Sequence record: NC_048792.1
Strand: one strand, 5' to 3'
Length of the DNA stretch: 64,000 nucleotides
Shown: piece by piece, positions 17,732 to 27,675 of the stretch
How the letters are laid out: every line of letters starts with the position of its first letter
Numbering within the stretch: the first letter of the stretch is position 1
Notes under the pieces: model-generated
What the model saw: the letters and a program-made list of their open reading frames with translations, nothing else
What the model was told of the DNA's origin: nothing
Database searches by the model: none
Translations under genes and position numbers: made by a program

Positions 17732-18124
17732 ATGATTGGGCAAACTACAGTAGTAGGTAACGTACCATTGCTGTTACGTTCTATCACGAAACCTTATCCT
17801 TACTTAGTCCATGAGAACACGATCTTCCAATTGATGTTATTCACTTGGTGGAGCGTAGGTGACCTCGGCTGGGCAGAGCAGTTGTATACCTGGGTAATCA
17901 GGACGGGTAAGGATGAGCTTCCTCGAGCAGCCATGCTACTACCGGGAAGGAACCCGGTCGATTACGATAGGATGTTATTCGAGATATTTGATAACGTCTG
18001 TAATCACGAAGACATCCTCACTGACTACATGATCTCGAGCTTCGACCATTATCGACATCTGTACATTGAGGAAATCTATTTTAGGAAAAGGGAATTCACA
18101 CTGAAACTAGCGGTGAGAAAATGA
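17732..18124 (+). CDS. Array protein 1 (hypothetical)
   Basis: 130 aa, first of ten tightly coupled ORFs. Confidence 0.65.
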   Translation: MIGQTTVVGNVPLLLRSITKPYPYLVHENTIFQLMLFTWWSVGDLGWAEQLYTWVIRTGKDELPRAAMLLPGRNPVDYDRMLFEIFDNVCNHEDILTDYMISSFDHYRHLYIEEIYFRKREFTLKLAVRK

Positions 18125-18486
18125 TTATACTTTACGACATCAGCACGATGATCAGTATAGCGAGAAAGATAGATCCAGAACTGAGCCAAGGAGACTTGCT
18201 TGAAATATTCATATTTTGCATTACGAAAGACAATGATCTAAATTTGGTACATCCGACTTATATTGACGGATCCAACAGAAGAGTAGCTGAGACAGTCAGG
18301 AGATTATGGCGGTTCATGCCAGGTTATAATTTCTTGGATATAGAGGATGTTCAACTCGCTCCATTCGGTCGTGTAGCAATACACGTAGATGAAGAGGAGT
18401 TCTACGACAGAAACCCTAATGCAATCCCTAGGAGTAAGTCATGGAGAGAATATATCGTCTCGACTACCCAATGTCTGTTCAAGTAA
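18121..18486 (+). CDS. Array protein 2 (hypothetical)
   Basis: 121 aa, ATGA overlap. Confidence 0.65.
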   Translation: MIILYDISTMISIARKIDPELSQGDLLEIFIFCITKDNDLNLVHPTYIDGSNRRVAETVRRLWRFMPGYNFLDIEDVQLAPFGRVAIHVDEEEFYDRNPNAIPRSKSWREYIVSTTQCLFK

Positions 18487-18857
18487 TCCTGAATAAACTG
18501 GATGGTTTGGAAGCTAAATACCGATTCCTTTATTCGTTAGTGAACACCGCTATATGGACAGGGATCTACGAAGGGGAATCGGATAAAACCCTTTCCTTCA
18601 ACGAACATTATTACAACGATCACATCGAGTACGTATACGACGACGAAGAGATGTCTGAAGAAACTCTACAGGCTAGGATGAAGGAGTTGGATTTCTTATC
18701 TGACTTATTCGCCCGGCCTGAGGGAATCAATCTCTTCGAGAACAGCCTGGCTACAATGGGTCGTTCTTTGTCAGATATCGTAGACGGTTTAGCCGATCCA
18801 GTTCTGGCTGTAGAAACCGCCTTGATTAGTCACTACGATGTTTCAGTTATGGATTAG
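18441..18857 (+). CDS. Array protein 3 (hypothetical)
   Basis: 138 aa, AGGAG RBS. Confidence 0.65.
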   Translation: MERIYRLDYPMSVQVILNKLDGLEAKYRFLYSLVNTAIWTGIYEGESDKTLSFNEHYYNDHIEYVYDDEEMSEETLQARMKELDFLSDLFARPEGINLFENSLATMGRSLSDIVDGLADPVLAVETALISHYDVSVMD

Positions 18858-18866
18858 AGGATTGCA

Positions 18867-19346
18867 ATGGGCAAGTTAGTTGTCGTAGATAGTTATTCGT
18901 TAACCGGGTTCTTGCTCAGTACAATACGACAGTTTATCCGTCGGTATCCTGAGTACCGTGAACGAATCGATCCGAACATTTCGATAAACAATTTGCAAGA
19001 AACTACCGAGCGCATCATCTGGAATATCATTCAGAAGGACAAGCGTTTCGGTTCCCCGGAGTATTGGGATGAGGTTCAGGAAATCGGGAAGTGGTTCAAG
19101 GGCTACGATCCCGAAGGCGTCTATATAGACGACCGTGGTGAAGAGCAAAATAGCGATGAGATGTCAGGTGAATTCTTCCGTGAAGTTATCGACATGTACG
19201 AAGTTCGTATCCGGTCAGTATTGGGATCGATCGGCGTAGATCTCAGCTGGGAATATTTGGAGTACGAGAAATCTACACCAACCGCTCTTCTATTACGGAG
19301 TCACGGTGACTATCGTATTTACGATTATCACAAACGTAATGGGTGA
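18867..19346 (+). CDS. Array protein 4 (hypothetical)
   Basis: 159 aa, GAGGA RBS. Confidence 0.7.
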   Translation: MGKLVVVDSYSLTGFLLSTIRQFIRRYPEYRERIDPNISINNLQETTERIIWNIIQKDKRFGSPEYWDEVQEIGKWFKGYDPEGVYIDDRGEEQNSDEMSGEFFREVIDMYEVRIRSVLGSIGVDLSWEYLEYEKSTPTALLLRSHGDYRIYDYHKRNG

Positions 19347-19349
19347 GTT

Positions 19350-19697
19350 ATGAGGACATGGTTGATTCCAGTAGAAACGCTACGGGCAAGATACACGAGG
19401 TTACTCGATAATGTAGATCGGGATGCGAAGAACTCAGTTAACGTTGAGGTGCATCTGAAATACTTGTTGGCTAACCTCATGGAACCCGATCTCTTCTCCT
19501 ACCGTGTTGATGAGATAGCGAACGACTTGAGTATGTTTGGTTTCGACCATATTGTCTTTGATTGTTTGGTCTTGGAGGTTAGTGATTTCTTCAAGAAACA
19601 AATAGTCTATCACACCGGATTACCCCCGCATCTTTTCGAAGGAAACTGGCACCTTGACTTCCCAACAAGAACGTTATCGGTCAGTGCATATTGTTGA
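19350..19697 (+). CDS. Array protein 5 (hypothetical)
   Basis: 115 aa, starts 3 nt after the previous stop. Confidence 0.65.
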   Translation: MRTWLIPVETLRARYTRLLDNVDRDAKNSVNVEVHLKYLLANLMEPDLFSYRVDEIANDLSMFGFDHIVFDCLVLEVSDFFKKQIVYHTGLPPHLFEGNWHLDFPTRTLSVSAYC

Positions 19698-20157
19698 TAT
19701 CTCGAACCTGCTCAGTCTATTTAAAGTCATGGTGAGTCCGTATGGGCTCTCCGTGGCTGATTGTGTTCGGGTAGCGTTCCTTTATGCCATGACCTATTCA
19801 GTAAACAGCGACGGTTCCTCTGTCTTTGACATGAGGTTACGTTATCGTATCGTTAATGAGATGGAGGTACTGGTCGAGAAATCGTTGATCAAACATCCAC
19901 TTAATAACGAAGAGGAGTATGAATTACATCGGACTAATATCTACCTGATGATTCAGAAAATGTCTCGTAATCTAGGGCCGCAATCCTCAGGGTACTTCGG
20001 CGTTATTGATTCTATAGAGGATATAATGTTCGATTTTGATCTCACCTTAGGAACGCTCTATGTTAGATTTAAGAAGCCCGCCTGGGAGGCATTCAAAGAG
20101 AATAGTTCTATATCTCGACTACAAAGAGGAAATCCACGATCTCTATCTCAGCCTTAG
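19684..20157 (+). CDS. Array protein 6 (hypothetical)
   Basis: GTG at 19684 is the probable start; the ORF track uses 19654. Confidence 0.6.
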   Translation: MHIVDISNLLSLFKVMVSPYGLSVADCVRVAFLYAMTYSVNSDGSSVFDMRLRYRIVNEMEVLVEKSLIKHPLNNEEEYELHRTNIYLMIQKMSRNLGPQSSGYFGVIDSIEDIMFDFDLTLGTLYVRFKKPAWEAFKENSSISRLQRGNPRSLSQP

Positions 20158-20467
20158 TAAAGACTGGGGGATCATTGGAGCACCTCGATTGTTGATCGAA
20201 GGGGCTATCAACTCTATTACGGCCTCTACGCCTCCTAAGGTAATACTTAAGGAACTCTCCGAAATCATCATGTTAGTTCGTAATCCGTTCTTCCAGAAAG
20301 AGAATTGGGACATGAACAACTGGATGTCTGACGCACTCGTTTTTTACGGCATGTTTCAAAAGTTCTATGCGCATGTTCTGATTGCCAGGAACTTAACCGG
20401 GGAGTACTCCGTATCATCTATCGACTTCAGTCAATCTTCAATAAGGTTGATGTTGGAGAAACCATGA
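20060..20467 (+). CDS. Array protein 7 (hypothetical)
   Basis: 135 aa, start uncertain. Confidence 0.55.
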   Translation: MLDLRSPPGRHSKRIVLYLDYKEEIHDLYLSLSKDWGIIGAPRLLIEGAINSITASTPPKVILKELSEIIMLVRNPFFQKENWDMNNWMSDALVFYGMFQKFYAHVLIARNLTGEYSVSSIDFSQSSIRLMLEKP

Positions 20468-20904
20468 TTAACCGTAACTTCACTTCCACGGCACTATTCG
20501 AGATTCGTGGATGGAATGCAAGTGTTCTAGATGCATTCGTAAAGAGGCACGCTCCGGATCTAACTGGCCCGGAGTTACTTAAGTATGCTGCTCAGTTGTC
20601 TTTGGATTACTACATCCATCCCAATGGAGAAGCGTTTGATAATCTCCAGGATAATCTTGAAGAACAGTTTGGTTATAACGAGTTGACGGAAGATAGCCCG
20701 GATTACGTTTATGAGCAAATTGAACGTGAAGTGCAAGTATATGTGGAAATCGTATCTGACTTCGCAAGGTATCTTGATAAAGAAATCGAACGCATCGCCA
20801 ACCGTATCGACATCCCGTTGAGCCGAGTCAGTATTGATCGTGCTTTCGTACGCGGGCACACATTCGGTTTACAGTTAGTCGATTATGACCGGGAGGTTTG
20901 GTGA
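20464..20904 (+). CDS. Array protein 8 (hypothetical)
   Basis: 146 aa, ATGA overlap, GGAG RBS. Confidence 0.7.
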   Translation: MINRNFTSTALFEIRGWNASVLDAFVKRHAPDLTGPELLKYAAQLSLDYYIHPNGEAFDNLQDNLEEQFGYNELTEDSPDYVYEQIEREVQVYVEIVSDFARYLDKEIERIANRIDIPLSRVSIDRAFVRGHTFGLQLVDYDREVW

Positions 20905-21356
20905 GCACCGTAGCTAAAGTAATTGTCTTTGAAGCACTTGAGTATTTAAGGCTGTTGGAAAACCTGTGTTCTGTAGTAGAAGCCTCTGACGAAATGGTAT
21001 ATGTCAGCCGTGAAGGTATTACCCATTGTATTCTGGATGATATCATGAGCGGCGGCACATTCGAGGGTTCTATGCGGGGCTATGTGTTTGCCGATAGTAA
21101 ATGTAAAATGGATGTTGCTCTTGAAATAATCGAAGAGCAGCGTGAGTTATTAAGGAATGAATTGACTCAGGTAATGATGCGTCAGTGCATGGGTGTAATC
21201 AAAGATGCCTCTTTCATTGATAACTTCACCATACTCGGGTTAACTAAATCCATTGCGATGAGATACCTGACAAATGATTCTGAAATGTTACCACAGCAGC
21301 GTATATCTCCCCGTCGTAATTGGGGAATACGTAGACGCGATAACCGGGCGTATTAA
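20901..21356 (+). CDS. Array protein 9 (hypothetical)
   Basis: GTGA overlap, GGGAGG RBS. Confidence 0.65.
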   Translation: MSTVAKVIVFEALEYLRLLENLCSVVEASDEMVYVSREGITHCILDDIMSGGTFEGSMRGYVFADSKCKMDVALEIIEEQRELLRNELTQVMMRQCMGVIKDASFIDNFTILGLTKSIAMRYLTNDSEMLPQQRISPRRNWGIRRRDNRAY

Positions 21357-21654
21357 GAAAGAGGCTAGCGAGTCTGGGGAAGATCTGGAGATCGACCCCG
21401 TCTTCGTCATGGAAGAAGCCGTTAAAGAGATTGAATGGTGTTTCATTGAACTGTTGTCTCTCGAGGAAGGAGCGCCGCCTACTTTCGATTGGTTAATTAA
21501 CTCGAGTTTACCTGCAATCAACTTCTATCGTTCTTTGATGGATACCGATGTCTTCACCCATCTACGCAATGAGGAGTTCGACTTCGTAAGTCTGGATGTT
21601 ATGAATTCTTGCGAAATCTTAGTAACTCTGAAATGGAGAAGTAAAAATGGCTGA
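21274..21654 (+). CDS. Array protein 10 (hypothetical)
   Basis: 126 aa, overlaps the previous ORF. Confidence 0.6.
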   Translation: MILKCYHSSVYLPVVIGEYVDAITGRIKKEASESGEDLEIDPVFVMEEAVKEIEWCFIELLSLEEGAPPTFDWLINSSLPAINFYRSLMDTDVFTHLRNEEFDFVSLDVMNSCEILVTLKWRSKNG

Positions 21655-22072
21655 AGCAGGTAACAAGATCCTGGGTAAGTTTAACCTGGGTGATCGGGTT
21701 ACGTTCCAGATTTACCCGGTGACACTTTACGGTGACATTTTCCGTAACTGCGTCCCTACTGACCTTATCTCGTTCAAGTCAACGCCTCGCTTTAATGTCG
21801 ATGCTGCGGCTGAACACGCTAAGGTCTACAACTTACTTCCACCTGGCCAAGCGCCAAATGACCCTGCGGGTTATAAGTGGTTAGTAGTTACTCTGGAGAA
21901 CGGCGATGAGCGCGTAATCGGGTTACCTTGGATTAAGGTTGATACAATCCAGGTAATCCAGGTAGTTAACACCTACGTGACTATCCCGAACACTGCCCCA
22001 GAAGATCAAGAGAAGATTCGACTGGCACTCTCTGCCGCAGGTTTCAACGACGTCGAAATCAATCAACGATAA
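21647..22072 (+). CDS. Conserved phiKZ-like hypothetical protein
   Basis: 141 aa, GGAG RBS, followed by a terminator. Lies immediately upstream of the DNA polymerase. Confidence 0.7.
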   Translation: MAEAGNKILGKFNLGDRVTFQIYPVTLYGDIFRNCVPTDLISFKSTPRFNVDAAAEHAKVYNLLPPGQAPNDPAGYKWLVVTLENGDERVIGLPWIKVDTIQVIQVVNTYVTIPNTAPEDQEKIRLALSAAGFNDVEINQR

Positions 22073-22188
22073 CATACTCCTCCCTCTGCCTAATGGCAGA
22101 GGGAGGGCTATTTATTCTCTTTCTTTTTTCTTTTACGTCATGGGCTGATGGTATAGATGAAAGTTTAAGATTAGAAAAAGGGATTAAC

Positions 22189-24417
22189 ATGTCCGCTAAT
22201 ATTCAGAACCCATTTAATCGTCCTGCGTCACACTACACGCGTAACATCGATGTCATTACGGGTTACATCGAACAGAATACTTTACTCCTCCATAAGTCAA
22301 CCGGACTTCCGATGGATGAGTGCGAAGCTTTCGTAAGGGAAGAACTCTTCGAAGGCCCGAATAAAATGAAGGATCCTGAGTTCCTGTTATTGGAAAGGGA
22401 CGACGAACTCGATCAGCATCCTAAAGCAGTGAAGTTTACTCAGTACATCAGTACAGTGACTTCAAACGGCTGGTTACTGGCACCTACCTTCACTACGGTA
22501 CTGCCACCGCACATCAAACAGTCTCTGCTTTCTGAATACATCAAAGGAAACTTGAGCAAACGTTCCGCTGAGAAGCACTTGATGTTTGAAGCCGAGCGTA
22601 AAGGTAACGGGTTTAAAGCAACGTTCCACAAGAACAACCAGAACAACAAAAAGATCCTGAACAACGCCATCTCAGGCAACCACCGTTCTGAGCACAGTCC
22701 GTTACATGACCGTAGTACTCACCCGGTGTTGACTTCGTGCTGTCGTATTGCTAACGGTAGTGCTAACTCCAACGATGATCGGTTGTTGTCCGGTAACCGT
22801 CACTATTGGAAGCCTGAAGTTGTACTGAACAATATCAGTAGTATCCTCAGCCTGAGCAATTGGGACGAAGTGGAAGAAGCGGTAGTGAAGCATAACCTCC
22901 ATATCCCGACAGTGGATGAAGTTATGGAAGTTATCCGTTGGGGTAGTGACCTTTATTGGGGTCGTGGTAACCCTGACTCACCAGCTCACCGTACGATCCG
23001 TAAGTACGTAGAGGGTTGCACGGATATCGAGCGTGCAGGTATTGTTTATACCGGCGACCTTTACCACTTACGTAAATACAACGAACCGTTAGTACGTGAC
23101 TTCATCTCTGGTTTGGTTACTCCAGCTACCGAGATCGATCCTGATCACGAAGCGTGGCTGAAACACGTAGATGATGACACCATCGCACAGATGAAAGTTA
23201 TGTTCCCACACATTCTCTTGGAAGAGGATCTTTGGGACGACTACGAGGAAGTGAGTCAACGTGAAGGCTTTGGTCTGATGGGCACAACGTGCAAACAGAT
23301 CTACCAGAAGCTGGACAAGTATAAGGAGATCATCAACGTCTTCTTCATGTCTAAGAACATTCCGTTCCTGACGTGTGACTTCCCTCACTCCATCCGTCGT
23401 AGTGGTGTAGGTTCAGATACAGACTCCGCAATCTTTACGGTGCAGGATTGGGTACAATGGTATTCTGGTCACAACCGCGTGAACCATGAGAACATCATCA
23501 TAGCCGAATCTATGGGCTTCATTGTATCTCAAACCACAACACACAACCTGGCTAGCTTGGCGGGTAACATGGGTGTTGTAGAACCTAAAGAAGTATTCCG
23601 CCTCTCAATGAAGAACGAATACCTGTTCCCTATCTTTACTCTTACGTCTCGTGCTAAGCACTACTTTGCTAACATGGCGGTACAAGAGGGGGTAATCTTT
23701 AAGAAGTATAAACGTGAGAAGAAAGGTGTGGAGTTAATCGCATCTAACTCACCGGCCGGGGTACGTGCTGACCTTGACAGAATCATCGAGGAAATCACTG
23801 ACCTGGCTACGGAAGATAAAAAGATTAACCTCGCTCGTTACTTACGCTGGGTAGCTCGTTGGGAATACACCATTTACGATTCTATTCGTAACGGTGAAGT
23901 AACTTACCTGAAAGCTGCTCGTGTAAAAGAGGAAGATGGTTACGAAGGTGAAAACACCCCTTACCTGAACTATGAGTTGTGGCAGGAAGTGTTCGCGCCT
24001 AAGTATGGTTTGATCGAACCACCTCCGTATTCTGCTTTGGCGTTTAGCATTATTCATGACACCAAGAAGAAAACGGATAACTGGTTGAATACGTGGGAAG
24101 ATCAGGAGATGGCTGGTCGCTTCCGTAAATGGTTAGCGTCTAAAGGGAAGAGTTACGTTGGTCGTATGTTGCTGCCTGAGAGTATCATTATCTCCATGGG
24201 TATTCCATCAGAGATTCTGGATGCAATCGACGTTCGCAAGATTATCGGTTCAGCAATGAGCCCGATGTACCTGGTCTTAGAGAGCCTGGACTACTATCTG
24301 TTTGACAGTAACCAGACTCGCCTTATCTTTGACCACATCGACCGTGACGTAGCCTTTATGGACGTAGACCAAGTGGACTCAGCACTTCGGACTCAAGTAG
24401 TTGAAGAGTTCGATTAA
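22189..24417 (+). CDS. DNA polymerase, polymerase-domain subunit of the split B-family enzyme (phiKZ gp50-like)
   Basis: Palm motif GSDTDSAIF, KNEYLF and TSRAKHYFA. AAGGGA RBS supports MSANIQ at 22189. Confidence 0.85.
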   Translation: MSANIQNPFNRPASHYTRNIDVITGYIEQNTLLLHKSTGLPMDECEAFVREELFEGPNKMKDPEFLLLERDDELDQHPKAVKFTQYISTVTSNGWLLAPTFTTVLPPHIKQSLLSEYIKGNLSKRSAEKHLMFEAERKGNGFKATFHKNNQNNKKILNNAISGNHRSEHSPLHDRSTHPVLTSCCRIANGSANSNDDRLLSGNRHYWKPEVVLNNISSILSLSNWDEVEEAVVKHNLHIPTVDEVMEVIRWGSDLYWGRGNPDSPAHRTIRKYVEGCTDIERAGIVYTGDLYHLRKYNEPLVRDFISGLVTPATEIDPDHEAWLKHVDDDTIAQMKVMFPHILLEEDLWDDYEEVSQREGFGLMGTTCKQIYQKLDKYKEIINVFFMSKNIPFLTCDFPHSIRRSGVGSDTDSAIFTVQDWVQWYSGHNRVNHENIIIAESMGFIVSQTTTHNLASLAGNMGVVEPKEVFRLSMKNEYLFPIFTLTSRAKHYFANMAVQEGVIFKKYKREKKGVELIASNSPAGVRADLDRIIEEITDLATEDKKINLARYLRWVARWEYTIYDSIRNGEVTYLKAARVKEEDGYEGENTPYLNYELWQEVFAPKYGLIEPPPYSALAFSIIHDTKKKTDNWLNTWEDQEMAGRFRKWLASKGKSYVGRMLLPESIIISMGIPSEILDAIDVRKIIGSAMSPMYLVLESLDYYLFDSNQTRLIFDHIDRDVAFMDVDQVDSALRTQVVEEFD

Positions 24418-25453
24418 CATCGACGCCGGTAATCCCATTGAAGTAGTTACCGTTCTTTAACCGATTGAAATAGCGATCAAGGTATTGAGCAACGCGGGTA
24501 TTGTTCTGCGTCTTAGTCTCTTTACCTGCCCAGGCAAGGAACGCCAGGTATCGCATATAAGCCAAGGTATAAATACCTAGGTTCTGTCGGTTGAAGAACG
24601 TATCCGGGATTCGCAGTTTATCTGCGAGGTTATCCAGGAAGATCAGAGGGATCTGAGCTGGCAAAGTAAGGAAGTCTTTGTTGGCAGTACGTAACCGATT
24701 GATCAAGTCGGCAATAACTGAATCTGCAGGTGTGTTTAAATCCACGGAGGCCAGTCCAATTCGTTTGGGTTGGCTTACCATGGGTTTATGCTCCCATCTC
24801 GCTACCAGACGGTTAAAGAAGCAAGTATCGATATCGCTACTGATCATGTTCACCAATGGGTATTGATAAACGAACTGAGTAACTAGCGGTTTGACTTCGC
24901 TATATGCCTGGACATTAGCTTTCCATTTAACGAACTGGAGAGCAAGTAAACCGATGTCCAATTCTAGGAAAGCACCGGCCTTACCGATCGGATAATCTTC
25001 ACCGTTACGAGTCTGCATGGTCAAGTCGGTAAATGGATGAGATATTACCTTAATAGGTTCCAAGTCCATCCAGATGTCTGTCACGTCCAAATTGGTTGGG
25101 TAGCGACGCTTGACGCAGATAATGAATTCGCGAACGCTTTTAGGGAAGAAAGAGTTCTTACTCAGCGCACCTGAGAGTTGAACTTCATTGTTCAGCCCAA
25201 GTGCACGGATGATCTTATCAGCCTGGGTGTTAACACGGTAATAAAAGTCTTCATCATTACCCAGGTACTGGACTGCTACGTGCTGAAGAACCTGGACCAG
25301 GATATGGTCTGACTCCACTGCGTGTACAGATTTACGGTACCAGTATTTGGTACGAACCAAATTCGATTGAGCATTGTTCCTGAGGAGATTCATGGCGCCA
25401 GGCGTATAATCCCTGACGTTATCTGTCCTTAGGTCTTTGAATATTTCGATCAT
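24356..25453 (-). CDS. Conserved phiKZ-like protein between the DNA polymerase and chimallin, probably virion-associated
   Basis: 365 aa, GAGG RBS, upstream TATG on the minus strand, and synteny. Confidence 0.6.
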   Translation of the reverse strand: MIEIFKDLRTDNVRDYTPGAMNLLRNNAQSNLVRTKYWYRKSVHAVESDHILVQVLQHVAVQYLGNDEDFYYRVNTQADKIIRALGLNNEVQLSGALSKNSFFPKSVREFIICVKRRYPTNLDVTDIWMDLEPIKVISHPFTDLTMQTRNGEDYPIGKAGAFLELDIGLLALQFVKWKANVQAYSEVKPLVTQFVYQYPLVNMISSDIDTCFFNRLVARWEHKPMVSQPKRIGLASVDLNTPADSVIADLINRLRTANKDFLTLPAQIPLIFLDNLADKLRIPDTFFNRQNLGIYTLAYMRYLAFLAWAGKETKTQNNTRVAQYLDRYFNRLKNGNYFNGITGVDVNRTLQLLESEVLSPLGLRP

Positions 25454-25644
25454 CGTTTACCTCATGGGTAAAGGGTTAGGTAATTTTTTACATACGATCC
25501 ATTAGATATGTAAAAGTAACTATTCCGATTGGAATTGTTGCTAGGTACGTATAATCTATTATATGTACAAACTATTCTTGGGTGCCTCGGGGTGCTCAGG
25601 TCGTACTATAGGCTATATAGCCGAAATGAAACTTTTTTCACGTC

Positions 25645-25660
25645 TATATTCCTACTATGA
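25645..25660 (+). promoter_or_regulatory. Early promoter variant for chmA
   Basis: ttcacgtcTATATTCCtactaTGA. Confidence 0.65.
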
Positions 25661-25741
25661 AGATAAACAAAGATGTTTGTTCTTCAACTAATTACTTTCA
25701 TTGCAATGAAACAATAAACAATGCTTTTAAGGAGCAAAACA

Positions 25742-27574
25742 ATGAGTCTGTCTGACCAAAACGTTAACGAAGCTAAAAACACCCAACGCGCTGCAGCTGC
25801 ACAGGGTCAACAACCTCGCGAACAAGCAGGCCGTCGTCTGAACACCAACATCTTCGAAAGCGGCCAACTGGTACAAGCCGGCGTTTCCGGTAACGAACTG
25901 ACCACTTTCATCGAGCGCTTCAACGCTTATCACGACGCAAACAAAGCTGCTCTGTCCGCCGGCGGTCAACTGACCTGGGCCGTAATCCCAGCATCTTCTG
26001 GCGAAACCAAAATGAAGCTGGATGCAGCTGTCGTTGTCGGTAAAGCCACTACCTCCGAAGGCGTGATCACCACTGCACTGACTCTGCTGTTCACCGGCGG
26101 CCAGCCTCTGCCGAAGCAAGTCGTAGAGATCAGCAACCGTAACGAGCGTCAGTACTCTGCCGTCGCGAACGATCAGTTCACCGAAGCGTATCAGAAAAAG
26201 CTGACCGAAATCATCAACCGCAAAGCTCCTTACATGGGCGAAGCTGAAAACATCGTTCTGATGGGCGCCGTGGCAGTAACCAACGCGCAACTGAGCGAAG
26301 CGAAGTGTGAAGACCTGATCATCTCCGCGGTGAACTCCGTCTTCGGTTACCTGGGCAACATGCTGCGTACCGAACACTTCTCTCTGACCGATGCGATCGA
26401 CTCTCAGCGCAGCGAGTTCGTTTCTCGCGTGATCTACAATCAGGGCGATGCCCATGACGAAATCACCGAGCGTCCTCGTCGTCGCGATCTGGCCGTCGAA
26501 GTATCTCTGGCAACCAAAGGTCAGCGTAACCGTGTGTCTAACGCACTGGAAAACGCTGAAGGCGCAATGGACATCGCAACCATCGAAGGTTACGTTGATC
26601 TGCTGTTCCTGGGTCGTCCGGATGGTCAGCAACGTCGTTCTCGCTACCGTTCTCAGCGTGAAGAAGACGCAGCGCGTCAGATCTACGGTAAAAACCTGGT
26701 CATCACCCACATGAAGCACGAAGCTTCTCCTGAGCACCTGTGCCTGGCACTGGCCCAGATCCCTGTACTGATCAACGAAAACGTTCTGACCACTGGCCTG
26801 AAGCCAGCCGGCGACAACGCGAAACTGCGTACTCCGGTTGCTCTGACCTACGAGCTGGACGAAGAGTTCGAAGCAGTGCCGGACGTTCTGGACGATGCAG
26901 AGTGGGCTGACCTGACCGACGTAGTGATCCAACCGGATCAGAACTTCGTAACCGTACTGATCGACGAAACCGGCATCACCACCCAACAGCAGAAACTGCT
27001 GCTGCAAGCGACCGACCGCATGAACCCGAACCGCGACCTGTTCGCAGACATGCTGGTACAAGCGGCTGATAACCTGACCAAAGGCGCCTTCATGGAAAGC
27101 CTGGGCGCAGCGCGTATCAACCCGCTGGATATCGGCGAACGTCAAGACCGTATCGTCCTGCTGGGCGAATGGACTGACGACCGTGGCCAAATCCGTTCTC
27201 TGACCGAAATCGACTACTACGCGATCCTGACTGCCTTCGGCCAGAAAGATCGTCGCATCGTAGAAGACTGGGATCGTTGCCAGAACGATGTAAGCCTGCC
27301 GATCGAAATCCGTCTGGCGAAAATGGAAGAGATCATCGACCAATTCACCGGCGGTTCCTATCGCATCACCGGTCACGGTGTTCCAGTACTGGTTAACACC
27401 CAGTGGCTGTTCACTCTGACCAACGCCGCCGAGCGCGCTGGTATGGTTACTCAGGCTGACGGTATCTATCAGGATACTCGTTTCCGTCGTGGTTTCCAAT
27501 CTCAGTACGCTACTTCCGGTTACGCCGGCAAAGCGTTCCGTATGCGTGGTACTGGTCGCAACGATTACTTCTAA
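25742..27574 (+). CDS. chmA: Chimallin, the phage nuclear shell protein
   Basis: About 610 aa with extreme high-expression codon bias. Lies directly upstream of the nvRNAP beta-prime N-terminal subunit, matching phiKZ gp54-gp55 order. AAGGAG RBS before 25742. Confidence 0.85.
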   Translation: MSLSDQNVNEAKNTQRAAAAQGQQPREQAGRRLNTNIFESGQLVQAGVSGNELTTFIERFNAYHDANKAALSAGGQLTWAVIPASSGETKMKLDAAVVVGKATTSEGVITTALTLLFTGGQPLPKQVVEISNRNERQYSAVANDQFTEAYQKKLTEIINRKAPYMGEAENIVLMGAVAVTNAQLSEAKCEDLIISAVNSVFGYLGNMLRTEHFSLTDAIDSQRSEFVSRVIYNQGDAHDEITERPRRRDLAVEVSLATKGQRNRVSNALENAEGAMDIATIEGYVDLLFLGRPDGQQRRSRYRSQREEDAARQIYGKNLVITHMKHEASPEHLCLALAQIPVLINENVLTTGLKPAGDNAKLRTPVALTYELDEEFEAVPDVLDDAEWADLTDVVIQPDQNFVTVLIDETGITTQQQKLLLQATDRMNPNRDLFADMLVQAADNLTKGAFMESLGAARINPLDIGERQDRIVLLGEWTDDRGQIRSLTEIDYYAILTAFGQKDRRIVEDWDRCQNDVSLPIEIRLAKMEEIIDQFTGGSYRITGHGVPVLVNTQWLFTLTNAAERAGMVTQADGIYQDTRFRRGFQSQYATSGYAGKAFRMRGTGRNDYF

Positions 27575-27675
27575 GTAATAGTTCGGAAGTAATTGAAGTA
27601 CTCCCGTAAGGGTGAGAAAGGGGGCGTTTGCCTCCTTTCTTTTTTTCTATCTTTTCAGAAAAGAGGGGAAAGTAA

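Noticed and set aside
25727-27499. 590-aa antisense ORF over chmA, and similar long antisense ORFs at 34054, 37262, 35784, 39449, 33192 and 9398
   Set aside because: These are shadow ORFs caused by strong codon bias on the coding strand; they have no RBS or motifs and run against operon direction.
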